Positions 35,693-48,800 of a stretch of DNA of 64,000 nucleotides are shown here, in pieces; position 1 is the first letter of the stretch, and the number at the start of each line of letters is the position of its first letter. Origin of the DNA: Amphiscolops sp. MND2022 (lineage: Eukaryota); the NCBI GenBank assembly GCA_964187785.1, contig OZ076409.1, forward strand, positions 33,544,001 through 33,608,000, read 5' to 3'. A program made the translations under genes and the position numbers. The notes below the pieces were generated by a model that was not told the origin of the DNA, searched no databases, and saw only the letters and a program-made list of their open reading frames with translations.

Positions 35693-37060
35693 ACATTCAA
35701 GCTCAAACTTATTATTATGCAAATATTAAATATCATCTAGATTACTATTTTGTATCTTAACCGTTCATTGTTTGTGTTACTTGGTAATTATCAATTGACT
35801 AGGAAATTAGCAAGGTGATAATTTGGATAGTTTCAACAAAGTGAACTAATACGATTTGTTAGTTGAAGTAAAGGAAACGAGTTCAAATACTTGTACACTT
35901 GTTTCCTTTAACTAATTATACGCACTGTCCAGCTCAGTAGCAGCCAATCACAGAGCAGTACTATATTGATTGTATACGCGCGGACCTTGAGTCCGCCATG
36001 GTACTAATGATCTGTGCTAGCATTGACGTTAGTGTACTGTAGCTGTGCACACTCTAAGTCCTCCATGGTGTTAGTTATGCAATAAGTTGATTGACATCAT
36101 GTTTATTTCTCATGTAATAGTTATTTTGTTTGGATGAACATGTAAATAGTAACTTAACGCATTGTACAACCAGAAGTATGACCTAAAACCAATCCCGCAC
36201 TATGCTTTGATGCTAATAATAAACAACCGCTGTGTGATGTAGCTATGATGTCATTACTCAAGGTTATTCGTAGAATACCCTGAGTCTAATTTTATTATCA
36301 TGACTAGATAAGTTATGCGTGTCATGCATTGTAAACTATATATAGCAAGGACGCTCAGTCGTAAGGATGAATCATCACCTGACTACAAAACAACAAACTT
36401 GCTATCTCGAAATCCGTACGAACCTACCCTGGTTTTTTTGTACCACTAGTTCAATCATTATACCTGGTTTTATCAATTCGTTCTGGATTTCATTGTTAAA
36501 CCAATTGACTCTCCTTATGCCTTCGACTAGAAAGCAAAGAGCTAAACTGAGGCGTTCTGGGCTAATGGACATAATGTCCGATGTGAAAAATGTTGATATA
36601 ATGTTAGGGAGTTATTCAAGAGATGATGAAAGGAATAAATCACAGTGAAAATGAACTAAATCCGGACTCAGGGTCCAGTGGGCCACAGCGCAAAGTTCAA
36701 CCTTGGTAGGAGAGGGTTTTAGATCACTGCTCAATACAAATAGTAGAGAAAATATTGACGTGACGATAGAGACAACTAGGATGATTAGCGAAGAGATTCC
36801 TAACCAAATGCCCAGGAAACTCATTGAGATCAAATCTTGCCTAAATTTTCAGATACAATACGCACTTACCACAGCAATAGCCGAGAAAGTGCTTCCTTTT
36901 ATCCAAAATACGTTAGATACGCAGAGGAGAGTTAATTTTACCGTGGTGGACAGGGGGTCCTGTGGGCTACAAGAGAGCGCAAGGGCGACTAATTTCACCA
37001 CGGTGGGACGAAGGTCCAGTGGGCTACAACGAAACGCCGAAATTGAAAACAACCCAAAAA
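35514..37060 (+). repeat. 3' LTR of element A, missing the last ~100 bp
   Basis: Aligns with 25335-about 26900; includes a second copy of the gag start (ATG 36517); preceded by AGGAGGAG. Confidence 0.85.
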
Positions 37061-37340
37061 TCCTGCTTGTTCTATGTGGATTCAAATTGAAATATTTCTT
37101 CTCAATTTAGTTTCGACCTGTTGTTTCTATATTGTAAAGTTTTAATCCCGCCTTTACCATCTGTGTAACAGCGTATTGTCTTGACACAACAACTGAGAGT
37201 GATAAAAAAGTCAACACATGCAGGTCTGCATACGTATTTACATAGCAGAAGCAAAATGTCAAGTTCTGCGTAATAAGTGAACTTTACTTTTAAAATTTTA
37301 AAGATGATCGAAAGGTGATGTGTTTGATGGTGAGTGTAAT

Positions 37341-39075
37341 TGTCGCAGGCTGCCGCCTGTGACGGCGCAAGAGACCAGGAGATTATCCCAGGTACTTTGC
37401 CAACATTTTAATTACAAACTAGCATACTTTTAGTAAAACTCATATGCATTTTTCTTTATTGATCTTTTTATAGTTTTGTACCTTATCGGAATTTGTATTA
37501 GTCTGTTAATAGTACGATTTGGCAAACCCAAATCAAATTGCTAAATTGAAAGGCGCGGTAGGAATCAAATCAATATAAGTTGAGTACAACTATACAGCAG
37601 TAACGGAAACGTGTTCAAGTGACGCTAATTTCAACTCCAAAAACGTCACTTGAGCACGGAGCATCATCCAATCGAATTGCTTCATTTGCAGTATTATAAA
37701 TATTTTCATCCAGTGGTTGCCGAATAAGGCCTGTTTGCTTAATATGGTTGTTTTCAATCAGTACTCTAGTCAAACGTCAGGTTCCTGCTATTTTGTGTAA
37801 AGTGAAGATGTGATACCAATTATGTTTATAATTGACCAGTATCATTGTGTTTGCGCTTCTTGTACTAAAAAACCCTTTTTGTGCAGTATTATCCACTAAC
37901 ACTCTAGATTTAGAATTAATAGACAGCTAAAACAATTTGCCTATTTTTTGCCGATGCTCATTCAATTTTGGCCTATTCCGGCCATTTTGTGGAAAGTGCT
38001 TTTGCTCTGATCTTAATATAGTAGTAAATTGATAAACTGGATTGTGTCGAAATGTTACAGTAGCTTATGCATGTACTATTGTATTATCACTCCTTGTTAA
38101 ATTCATCAGTGTTCGCGTGGTGGCACGCGTCAGCACCGCATTCCGATGATATAACACTGCAAACCGTTAAAAGCTAGTGATATTTGTTGACACTCTAGTG
38201 TATATGTTTTCAATGATAATTTGTTTGAAGTTGCGGTGTAAACAAAATACCTCTTGCTTGTTGCTTGTGAACTTCCCAAAATATGTAGAATATCGGGAAA
38301 GTATTTTAAGGTCATGTAGCAAGTGATATTGTACGAATGAGAAGAATGTGACAGTCATGCCTTAGTAGGTATAAATACTCTTCACTCACTTGGGTGAGAC
38401 ACGACAGTGTACACTCAAATTGAAAGACGATTCCTCCAAACTCACCAAACATAGTTTTCCGATCTGAAGAAGTTCAAATATTATTCCTCGGACATTCTAA
38501 ATGCCTACTACCAGCGAACAAAAGAAAACTAGGAAGTCAAGAGAATTAGAGATGCTCTCTGATGTTGAGAATCTAGACATAATGCTTGGTGAAAACCATT
38601 TTGATACAGTAGAAAGAGAAGAAAGTTTAACTAGCAACCTTGCTAGAAGGCCTGAAATTGTCGATAGCAAAAACTTTGAAAACAATAATGAAAATACGTA
38701 TCTGAACTCAGGAGTTATCAACCCTGGTATTAACTACGATCAAAAATCAGCAAGTGCCAACTCTAGTGCTGAGAATAATAGATTGTCAAGTGAATTGAAC
38801 ACCAGGATATCTAGGGAAATGGATGAGATGATGAACGGTGTCAGAATCCAAATCCAAAAGGCCATTAACGATGCTATTAGCAATCAGGTTTTACCCCAGA
38901 TTCAAAATGTCATCATGGCTTGTTCAGGATATTAGACCAAGAAAGGAAGGAACGTTCCGACCGAGGGACCGGAAACTAATACCGAAGTTCTGCGAAACGA
39001 AAAGGCCAGAAACAATTCGAAAAAAGCTTGTCCAAAACCGTCTTAGTGACGGAGCCATAGATAATGCTTACGACA
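37341..39075 (+). repeat. 5' LTR of element B (1735 bp)
   Basis: TGTCGCAGG...TTACGACA; TATA box GGTATAAATA at about 38368; gag ATG at 38501. Confidence 0.9.
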
Positions 39076-41442
39076 TGGTGACAGGAGACAACGAATCTCC
39101 AATCCAAAAGCCTGAGTTTCTCTTGGGACAATTGCCATCACGAAGTTATCTCAACCAACCCCATGACGACCTCAATCCCCTTCTTGACACGACGATCCCA
39201 GCACAAGAAAGAAATGCACAGGCTGTCGAATCAGATCCAATCAACAGACTGGCTGATGTCTTGTTCAATATGCAGAATCAACCAACAACCCAACAACTTA
39301 CTACACGTCCGATCAACTCTAATACAATGACCTTTGACGGCAACAGCGAGAAGTTTGAGCGGTTTCAGTTATTTTTCACACTATGATCAAGATGCAGCCC
39401 GAGATAGTCTGAGCAAATGAAGATCATCACCTTTCACTCACTTTTGAAGAGACATGCGTTGCAAACCTTCAGAAATTTTAGTACAGCTAACAGACAAACA
39501 CTCGAAGAAGTTCTAGTCATCTTCAGACGAAAATACGTCGAGCCTGAATCTCAGGTAACTGCCAAGCACAAATGACACCGTCTGGTCTTCAATCCTAACA
39601 CGATGAAGCTACCAGATTTCCTTGAAGAGTTGAATCAAGGCGCAAAAAAAGCGTTCGAAGACAACGCCAGAAAGATGATTGACAGTCTCTTCTAGGCAAA
39701 ACTGCCGCCAAAGCTCAAAAGATCAGCAAACATGGCCAGGTTGGAAAATGGCTCGTATGACGAGATAGTTGCTCGCTTGGAGAGAGAGCTTGAGTTTAAC
39801 GCCTTTAGGAATCAGATGACCTTCCTATGACAACGATGACCTCCTCAACGTCTAAGCCTATAATCCCTCTCTCCACTGGGCAAACGTCCGACATCTCCTG
39901 CATTTATTGCAAGGAAAAGGACCATATGGTCAAAGATTATTAAAGATTGAAAAAGACAAAAGAGAAAGATGCCCAACAAGGCAAAACTACTCAAAAGAAA
40001 ACAGACACCAAATGTTAGACCTGAGGCAAGACTAATCATCCGGAAGAACGATTTTGGCAAGGTGCCGGCGCGCTTCTCAAACCTATGCGCACCAGACCCG
40101 AGGACTCATCTGATAATGCTCCTGATTCAAAAGCACCAAATTCCACTATAACCCAACATCGTACAATTCCCAATCTCTATCCAAGAAAGACTACTCAAAA
40201 AACTAGCTTCGCCACGACTCCAATATAACCAACTTGTCTCAGTCTAACAGTACATCAGGTCGGATCCTCCAACAAAAACTTTCCTCGATTATCTACAACA
40301 ATTGATTGGCTATCCCTCTGTTGTCCTGCAGCAACAGATGGAAAAAGCATTCACTATTACTTATAATAACACTCAGTTGTATCAAATACCAATTCCTGTT
40401 TGGGACCTTGATTACACAACAAACTTCACTTCCCGATTCAGGCCCATTCCCTTGATTGACGATTACAATCCAACGTATATCGATCCAGACTATGGCAGAC
40501 TTCCCTATTGGAACACTGAGATCTATAACCAGGATCTATTACAATTCCACTTCATCCTAGATGACATCGAGCACTACAAAACAGCAGTCCACGAAACCAT
40601 CCAAAAACACACGATAAGAAAACTAGAGCACTGATCGAAAAGTGGCAAATGAAAGATGGTACCAACCATCCAGTGTTCCCAAACCCTCTGGGAACCGACA
40701 ACCCTGAAACTACCATTGATGCAATTCCCCAAACTTTGTTGGACGGGAAGCAATTTCAAACTGTCCTTATAACCAAAAATGGCGAACCCGATTGTATACC
40801 GCTTTCGACAAATATCAACCTCAAATGCAAGAAGCGCATGTTGTACTTCCCAATGAACTTTGGGGAATTGATCATAGACGGCCTTATAGACACTGGGGAT
40901 TTATCCAGTGCAATTCCTGAAATGGACCTCCGGAATGTTCGACTTCTCTCTCCACAATCTGTTTAAGGGATCAATCTAAATTTTAGGTTGGTGATATCGA
41001 GTTCCACGATATCTTCATAGTGATGGAGAATTTGACAAAACCAATCATTGGACAATTGTTCCTTCAGCGAAACCATACAGTTCTGGACATGGGGCAAGGC
41101 ATTTTGAATTTCCCGTTCCTCTCTATGCAGCTAAAAACAGCTGACCACCGATATTCTAACGTCTTGGAACCATTACTCAATCCGACAGAAAGAACTATTC
41201 TACCGAATGACAGAGTCCAAATCAGGACAAACTCCATACTTTACCCTGAGAATGTTGTCAGTGGGATACTACAACCCAGCTACCTTCTACACGAAGAAGG
41301 CGACATTACCTTTTGCCAAGCTTTGGTCACTCTGAATGATGGCAATATTTAGATACCTGTGATTAACTTCACGGATCACCCCTATAAACTCAAAATTTGA
41401 CACCATTTTGCTAGCTTCTCTGTTATGACGCCAAAATCAGTG
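38501..41442 (+). pseudogene. gag and protease of element B (5' part, interrupted by BEL)
   Basis: MPTTSEQ start, MKLPDFLEEL, CIYCKEKDH knuckle, LIDTG protease; multiple stops. Confidence 0.88.
39076..39087 (+). promoter_or_regulatory. Primer-binding site TGGTGACAGGAG of element B
   Basis: Directly follows the LTR end; absent after the 3' LTR. Confidence 0.8.
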
Positions 41443-42403
41443 TGTTGGTGCCAGTCAATTGCGAGATCAGAAACTCAAACTCGAACGTGACTGATGAAAC
41501 TTATAACTCAAAACACTTAGAAACTTTATCAAGGTTTAAGTTGGAAAAATACAAGTCTTAGCAAAAATGACCCTATGTAAAAAAGGGCCACCCCCCCGTC
41601 CCGGTAAACCACTCATTCAATCACCTTGAAACTTGGCACACGTATAGTAGTGGTGCTACGCTAACTTTTCACTCGAAACACCGAACCCCGTATCTTCTCT
41701 GGGTTCCGAGCAATTAACACCCAAAGTGACCTAGGTCGGACCCCATGAATTACCCAATTTTGATGTATTAATTATTATGTTATTTTCTCATATGACCTTG
41801 AAGGAAATGTAACTCTGTTGAAATTAATGATATTTACATTGTGTAAACATACCTTTTACCCCACCTGACCAACATGCCAAAACCACCACATCGTTTGTTT
41901 ACTTAGCCAATAACTTCATTTTATGCTTTAAATGTCATTTATTTATACAACATATTTCAACTGATATTTGCTTATATTTACTGTAGAATTGTAAACGATA
42001 TGTATACCAATATTAGATAGAGATTTTCTCCACTGAATAGCTATAGTCAAGTTGGGTCTCAGGACCGCGAGACTAATAAATCAACTTCTCAATCTTCACA
42101 ACTTTTCGCTAGAGTTGGAGCGACTAAGTAGCTACTCTCATAGTTGGAGAGCCGGAGCGCGTGAAGATACGGTGAGGGAAGTGTGTACGGATCACATCGG
42201 ATCCAATTCAGTACAAAGAGGAATCGCAGGAGATTCCACGGGTCACATCGGACCCATCAAGCCAAAAGATACAGTCCTTTAAAACAAGAAACCAGGAATT
42301 GTTTAGTGACGGTCCACAGCACTAAGCAACGGATCAGGGCGGCGTAAAGCTTGTCAAGCCTCAGCGCAGGATAAGGGCAAGCAGCCGTTTTATTTGGTCC
42401 GCC

Positions 42404-42800
42404 GACCCGGACAACTCGTTGGTGGACGACCCGGACAACTCGTTGGTGGACGACCCGGACACCTCGTTGGTGGACGACCCGGACTAGAAGTAGAAGACGA
42501 CTCGTTGGTGGACAACTGAGAAGATTGCCCAAGAAGAACAAGTGTCTGGATCTTGGAGTTGCTGATTTTGTGTCTCTGGGAGATTGGGCTACTGTGTCTC
42601 TGGGAGATTGGGCTATTGTGTCTCTGGGAGATTGAGCTACTGTGTCTCTGGGAGATTGGGCTACTGTGTCTCTGGGAGATTGGGCTACTGTGTCTCTGGG
42701 AGATTGGGCTACTGTGTCTCTGGGAGATTCGGCTACTGTGTCTCTGGGAGATTGGGCTATTGTGTCTCTGGGAGTTTGGGCTATTGTGACTTTGGGAACT
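42404..42800. repeat. Two 24-bp tandem arrays in the BEL 5' leader
   Basis: GACCCGGACAACTCGTTGGTGGAC x3+ (42404-42515) and TGTGTCTCTGGGAGATTGGGCTAC x~9 (42570-42800). Confidence 0.93.
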
Positions 42801-42823
42801 GAGTTCAATCAAGAAGAGAAGAA

Positions 42824-45800
42824 ATGGCTCAACCAAAACGGTTTGATATCAACAAAGTTGAAAATTTTCTGAAGAACTCTGCAGACGCGGCCCAAATTGT
42901 GAGTCATTGGAATGCAGCTTGCGAGCACGGCAAGACGATCAGAGCAATTGATGAAAACCTAGCTAGGAATGATGACAACAAACAGATAGCAGAGCTTCTG
43001 TTACGACGAATAGATGTCATAAACAGGCGAGAACGACTCTTTAAGGCAATCCAAAATGCAATCAAAATCAAGTACCAACCCCAGATACCCGAAATGTTCT
43101 CAACAGTGATCCAAGCGATGAAGAGCCGATTTGTTGAGTTGCAGCGACAAGACTCTAACACTGGAAGGGTGATAATACTGATGTCAGCATTGCAAGATGA
43201 AAATCAGATACTAAACTATTTGGATCTTGAAGAGAAGAAACGTGCTATTGATGAAAGAATCGCCCACAACGAAAAGTTGCGCGACGAACGAATTGAAAAC
43301 GGCGAGGACGCCGAAGAAGATTATGCAGCAGCATGTCAGGAATTGCTTCACGAGAGGTCTGACCTCAAACTGAAAATTGAAGCTCTCCTGAAGTCAAGAG
43401 AAACTGGAGCCATTTTGCGAAGCCTTGAAGACGCAGAACAAAGACTAGCAGACGTTCGCGCAAGCGTAGCCGCAGACAAATCAAGTAAAAATGGCACTTC
43501 ACCACAAAAGGAGCCGCAACCAGACGATGAGCAAAACGAACATGATGGTCACAACGCGGATGACAGTCAAGAGCCAAGAAATGGAGCTAGATCATTGCCA
43601 ATAGAAGAATTGAGCATACATTCGCGAAGTGAAAGAGCCAAAAGCAACAAAACCTCAGTGATTTCAAAAACATCAAGTGCAAGACGAGTTATGCATTTAG
43701 AACTGAAAGCTCTGAAAGAGCACGAAGAACTTCAAAAGCGCCTGGAGAAACTGGAACGAGAAGCAAAACAACTGGAACGAGAGGCGAAAGAAAAGGAGAT
43801 AGCAGACTTGCAAGAAGAGGTGGCCCGCAGGGCCAGAATTGCTGAAAAGGAAATAGAGATGGCGAAAGTTCCGAGTAGTTGTGGGTCTAGTTTCAGAAGT
43901 ATCTCACCAGTCGAGACTCCAGACGACAATCTGACGAAAGTCTCAGATTGGATGGACAAGACCGAAGAAGCTGAAAACGTGGCATCGCCGATTAACGTGC
44001 CATCTGTATACCAGCAAACGTCCGTCTCAGCACCAGTGACTACAGGACAATTGATGCAAGGAGGACAACGCTCCTCGCAAGTGAGGGACTTGAAGTCCTC
44101 ATTGAAACCGGTCATGTCCACAGAGACCGCTCTGCGAGATATTGGAAAGGACAGAACAAAGACTGTCATAGATGTGGGCAGTCAAAGAGCAACAGCAAAA
44201 CCAGAAGTGAAATTCGCCTCATCGAAGCCGTCGATGACTCTCAGTGCAGACCAGAATCGGTTACCACCTAAGTTTGGAGGCATTCCGAGTGGTGCATTTC
44301 AAGTACCACAGCTTGCGAACACGCCGAAGCCGTATCTGCCTCGTCAAGGGCATAACATAGTGTCAAATGCGAGAGATGACTATTTCATCAGATCCAGCTT
44401 GCCAAAATTGAAGCTGGCAGAGTTTTCAGGTGACCCATTGGAGTGGCCAGAGTGGTCACAACTGTTTCAAGCAACCGTCCACGCAGCAAACATGGACGAC
44501 AGTGTAAAGATGAATCACCTGAAAACAATGGTCACGGGCAAAGCCAAAGAGGCGATTGCTGGCCTTGGGTACACCGCGGAGATGTACAATGTGGCGTGGA
44601 ACGTTCTAGTTCGAAACTTTGGAAAACCTCAAATGGTTGTGAATGCTCAACTAAAGAGAATTTACTCCTTTCCACCGATGAAACCTTATGATGGAGCCGC
44701 ATTGATCAAGTTTGCGAGAATAGTGTCGAGTTGCGTGAATGTTTTGACACAATTCAACTACGTGGGAGACCTAAACTCAGAAGGAGTTCTGGGCAGTGCC
44801 ACAAGGAAGTTAACGCTAGACATGAAAACGAAGTGGCTCACTCATGTGAGGCAAATGAACCTGTATCAACCTGGACTCGCTGTGTTCAGTGAATGGCTAA
44901 ATGATATAGCAGATGTGCAGGATGAATTGCTTTTGTCTTCAAACCCGAATGCTGATCGCGCGAAGTCGAGCTACAAAGAAAAGGCAAAAGGCTCCACGTT
45001 TGCAACGTCAACAACAAACACAGCCAGTGACAACTCGAAATACCAGCGAGAGTGTGCGCTGAAAGATGGCAAACATCCAATATGGAAATGTGAGAAGTTC
45101 AAGAAGATGAACGTCGAAGAAAGAGGACAAAAGGCGAAAGAGTTGAAATTGTGCTTCAAATGTTTGTCAGACGCACATCAGATGAGAAATTGCTCTGGTA
45201 GACTCTGTGACGTCAATGGTTGCGGAAAACCTCATCACCGATTGCTACACAGACCATACAAGAACGTGGAACAAAAGAAAAATGTTGAAAATGTTGAGGA
45301 GGTTTCAAATCTGTCCCCTATGAGAAGCAGTGGAGTGCTTCCCGTCATTCCAGTATCGATAGAGAGTGGGAGCAAAAATGTGAAAACGTTCGCTTTGTGT
45401 GACTCTGGAGCAAGCCTGTCCTTTGTGGACGAGAGCCTGATGAAAGCGCTAAATCTGACGGGACAGCCAGTGGATCTGAATGTTGCAGGGATTCATGGAA
45501 CGTCAGATATTAGTAGCAAACGACTTCGAGTCAAGATTGGAGATAAAGACGGAAAGGTCAAAGAAGATATCATGGCCTATAGTCATCCCAACGTAAACGC
45601 AGGAAATCGAACGTACAACATCAAGAAATTGAAGGAAGCATATCCTCACCTGTCAGTGTTGAGGGATTCTACCATCAACTTGGGAGAAGTGAAAGTCATC
45701 TTGGGCCAAGATTGCTACCACTTGCATAGAGCAATCGACTATAGAAAGTGTGGAAACGCCAAGCCCTGGGCAGTGCGAACGAAGCTGGGATGGATGCTCA

Positions 45801-48800
45801 GTGGACCATTGCCTCAACAAGAGACAGCAAAGCTCGCAACTGAAAGTCTAGTTGCAGCAGAAGTGGACCCGTTAGCGGATCAAGTGAAGTCTTGGTGGAG
45901 CATGGAATCGTTTGCTTCCAACTGCAGCGTATCCGGAAGGTCCAAGGAAGACGAGCGAGCCCTCGAAATGCTCAAAGCAACCACGAAGTTCGACGGAAAG
46001 AGATACGAGGTCGGGTTACTTTGGAAAAATGCAAAGCCGCATTTGCCAAACAATTACAGTTCAGCAGTAAGTCAATTGAAGTCTCTCGAGCGCCGACTGG
46101 AAAAGGATGCGAACTTGAAACAACGCTACATAGAGACAATTGATGTGGACGTACAAGAGGGATTTGTGAGAATTCTGGATGAAGCAGAGCTTGAAAACAC
46201 TAAATCAGACCTTCAGTGGTACGTTCCACATCTTCCTGTGCTGAACCCGAACAAGCCGGACAAAGTGAGACGAGTTTGCAACGCTGCCTCAAAGTTCGGA
46301 GGTGTTTCACTTAATGATAACTTGATGGCCGGTCCAGACCTCCTACAATCGCTGATAGGAATTATCTTCAGATTCAGGGAAAAGGAAATCGCCCTGACAG
46401 CAGATGTCGAAGCGATGTTTCTCCAAGTGAAAGTACCCCCTACTGATTGCAAAGTTCTCAGATTTTTGTGGAGAGAAAACCACACTGAACCTATCTCTGT
46501 GTATGAATATGGAAGACACATTTTTGGAGCTAAGAGTTCGCCAACATGTGTCAACTACGCTTTGCAACAAGTCGGACGAGACACCAGAGATGGCAATGGG
46601 ATGGTTGCAAATTTGATCAACAGAAATTTCTATATGGATGACTTTGTGAAGTCAGTAGCTTCAGAGGAAGAAGCTGCGGAAGTGTATAAATGCTTGCGAA
46701 AGTCCTTAGCAGATGGTGGATTCCAACTAACCAAATGGATTTGCAACTCAGAGAAAGTGATGGAAGAAATATCCCCGGATGATAGATCAGTCGCGCTAAG
46801 CAAAACATTCGAAGCTGAACCCTTGGCACCCTCTATCTTGGGACTCCAGTGGAATGTGGAGTCAGACAGTCTTGAGATTTGCCGCGGTACGGGAAAAGAG
46901 GTGCCTGCCAAGATCACTCAGAGAATTGTTCTATCCCACGTATACTCTGTGTTTGACCCGTTGGGACTGTTTCCCCCTTTCACAGTCAGGATGAGATTGT
47001 TGCTCAAAGGAATTTGGAAGACACATGGGCAATCGTGGGACGAAGAGTTATCTCCAGAAGACGGGATAGCATTCAAGGATTGGGCATCGGAGTTGAATCA
47101 CATGAATGAAATGGCTATCAGAAGAAAGTATTTATCGAAAAATGCTGAAGTAGTGGACTTGCATAGTTTCGCCGATGCGTCCCTGGAAGCAACGTGCATA
47201 GTTGCCTACTTTCGAGATCAACAAACTGGAGAGCTTGCCTATGTGGTAGGGAAATGCCGAGTAGCGCCAATGAAGCAACAATCAATTCCCCGACTAGAGC
47301 TACAAGCAGCTATGTATGGAACCCGATTAAAACAACTGATCGTAAACGAACATGACATTCAAATTGAACGAACTTTCTTTTGGACGGATTCGACAACTGT
47401 TTTGCAATGGTTGCATGGAGCTGACAAGAAACAACCGGTGTTTGTAGCGAATAGAGTCGCCGAAATCCTTGACAGTTCAACCATTGATCAGTGGAGATAT
47501 GTCGAAGGAATCTTAAACCCTGCCGACATCGGAACAAGAGGAAAATCTGTCCATGAATTAGAAAAGAGCGAGTGGTTCACAGGGCCGGCATGGCTTCGAG
47601 AGAAAGAAGATGCTTGGCCACAAACCTCACCACAGTTGTTTCAGCAGAAAACAGAAGACATAGAGCAAGTCTTTGAAGTCGTGCCAGAAGAAAAGAACAT
47701 TGATTGGGAGAAGTTCGGTTCTTTCAGAAGAATGACCCGGATCTTCGCCTATTGCCTTCGGTTCAAATCAAAAATCAAAGGAAAGGTGGTGATAACAGAA
47801 GAAATGCAGCAAGTGATCCGACTGTTACTGCGGAAGAGCCAGATGGAAAGTTTTGGTCCAACATATCAAGCATTGGCCGCAGGTAAACCAATGGCTGCAT
47901 CTGATCACTTGAACAAACTGTCACCATTTATGGAAGATCAGAACCTAATGCGATTAAAAGGACGACTACGTCATGCTGATGTGAGTTATGAAATGAAACA
48001 TCCAATTTTGCTATCTGCGAAGCATCCAATAGTGAGGAAATTGATTGAAGATGCGCATGAAAGAAACTATCACGAAGGAACAGAGTATGTTCGCAGCATT
48101 TTGCAGCAAAATTACTGGATAATTGGACTCCGAAACGCGCTCAGAAATGTGAAGTTGAAGTGTGTTAAGTGCAGAAAGCAACAAGTTGGAGGAGTTCAAC
48201 CTTTCATGGCAGACTTACCCAAAGAAAGATTGGAAGAAAGAGTTTTCCCTTTTGCCAATACTGGAGTAGACTATTTTGGACCATTCGAAGTGAGATTCAT
48301 GAGGAAATCAATGAAACGGTGGTGTTGTCTATTCACATGTTGGACAACAAGAGCTGTGCATGTTGAAGTTGTGCCCAACCTGGAAGACGACGCATGTCTT
48401 GCTGCAATTACGAGATTCATCGCAAGAAGAGGAAAACCGAATATCATTCTAAGTGATAATGGAACAAATTTTGTGGGTGCAGCAAGGGAAATGCGAGAAT
48501 GGATAGAAGCTTGGAATCAATCAGACATTGAGCAGTCTTTGGCTCAAAAGCAAATAAAATGGAAGTTCAACCCCCCAGGAGCTCCGCATTTTGGAGGTGT
48601 TTGGGAGCGAATGGTCAGAAGCTGCAAGAATGCTATGATGGCAATTGTAGGAAACAGAACACTGACAGATGATGTATTATTCACAACAATGTGCCTGGTC
48701 GAGCAGATATTGAATTCGAGACCTCTGACTAGTGTCAGTGATGATCCTGAAGATTTGGAAGCTTTGACTCCAAACCACTTCCTGCTAGGACGTGCAAGTC

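Larger units (their letters stand above)
25335..37060 (+). mobile_element. Gypsy/Ty3 LTR retrotransposon A, decayed, with internal deletion and truncated 3' LTR
   Basis: Direct repeats 25335-27003 and 35514-37060, both starting TGTCGCAGG; PBS; gag-PR-RT-RH-IN domain order. Confidence 0.88.

Noticed and set aside
42257..42872. Repeat-rich ORFs on both strands (e.g. AQSPRDTV repeats)
   Set aside because: By-products of stop-free 24-bp arrays in the BEL leader.
42904..48366. Short alternative-frame and antisense ORFs over BEL gag-pol
   Set aside because: Shadows of the long ORF with no independent motifs.
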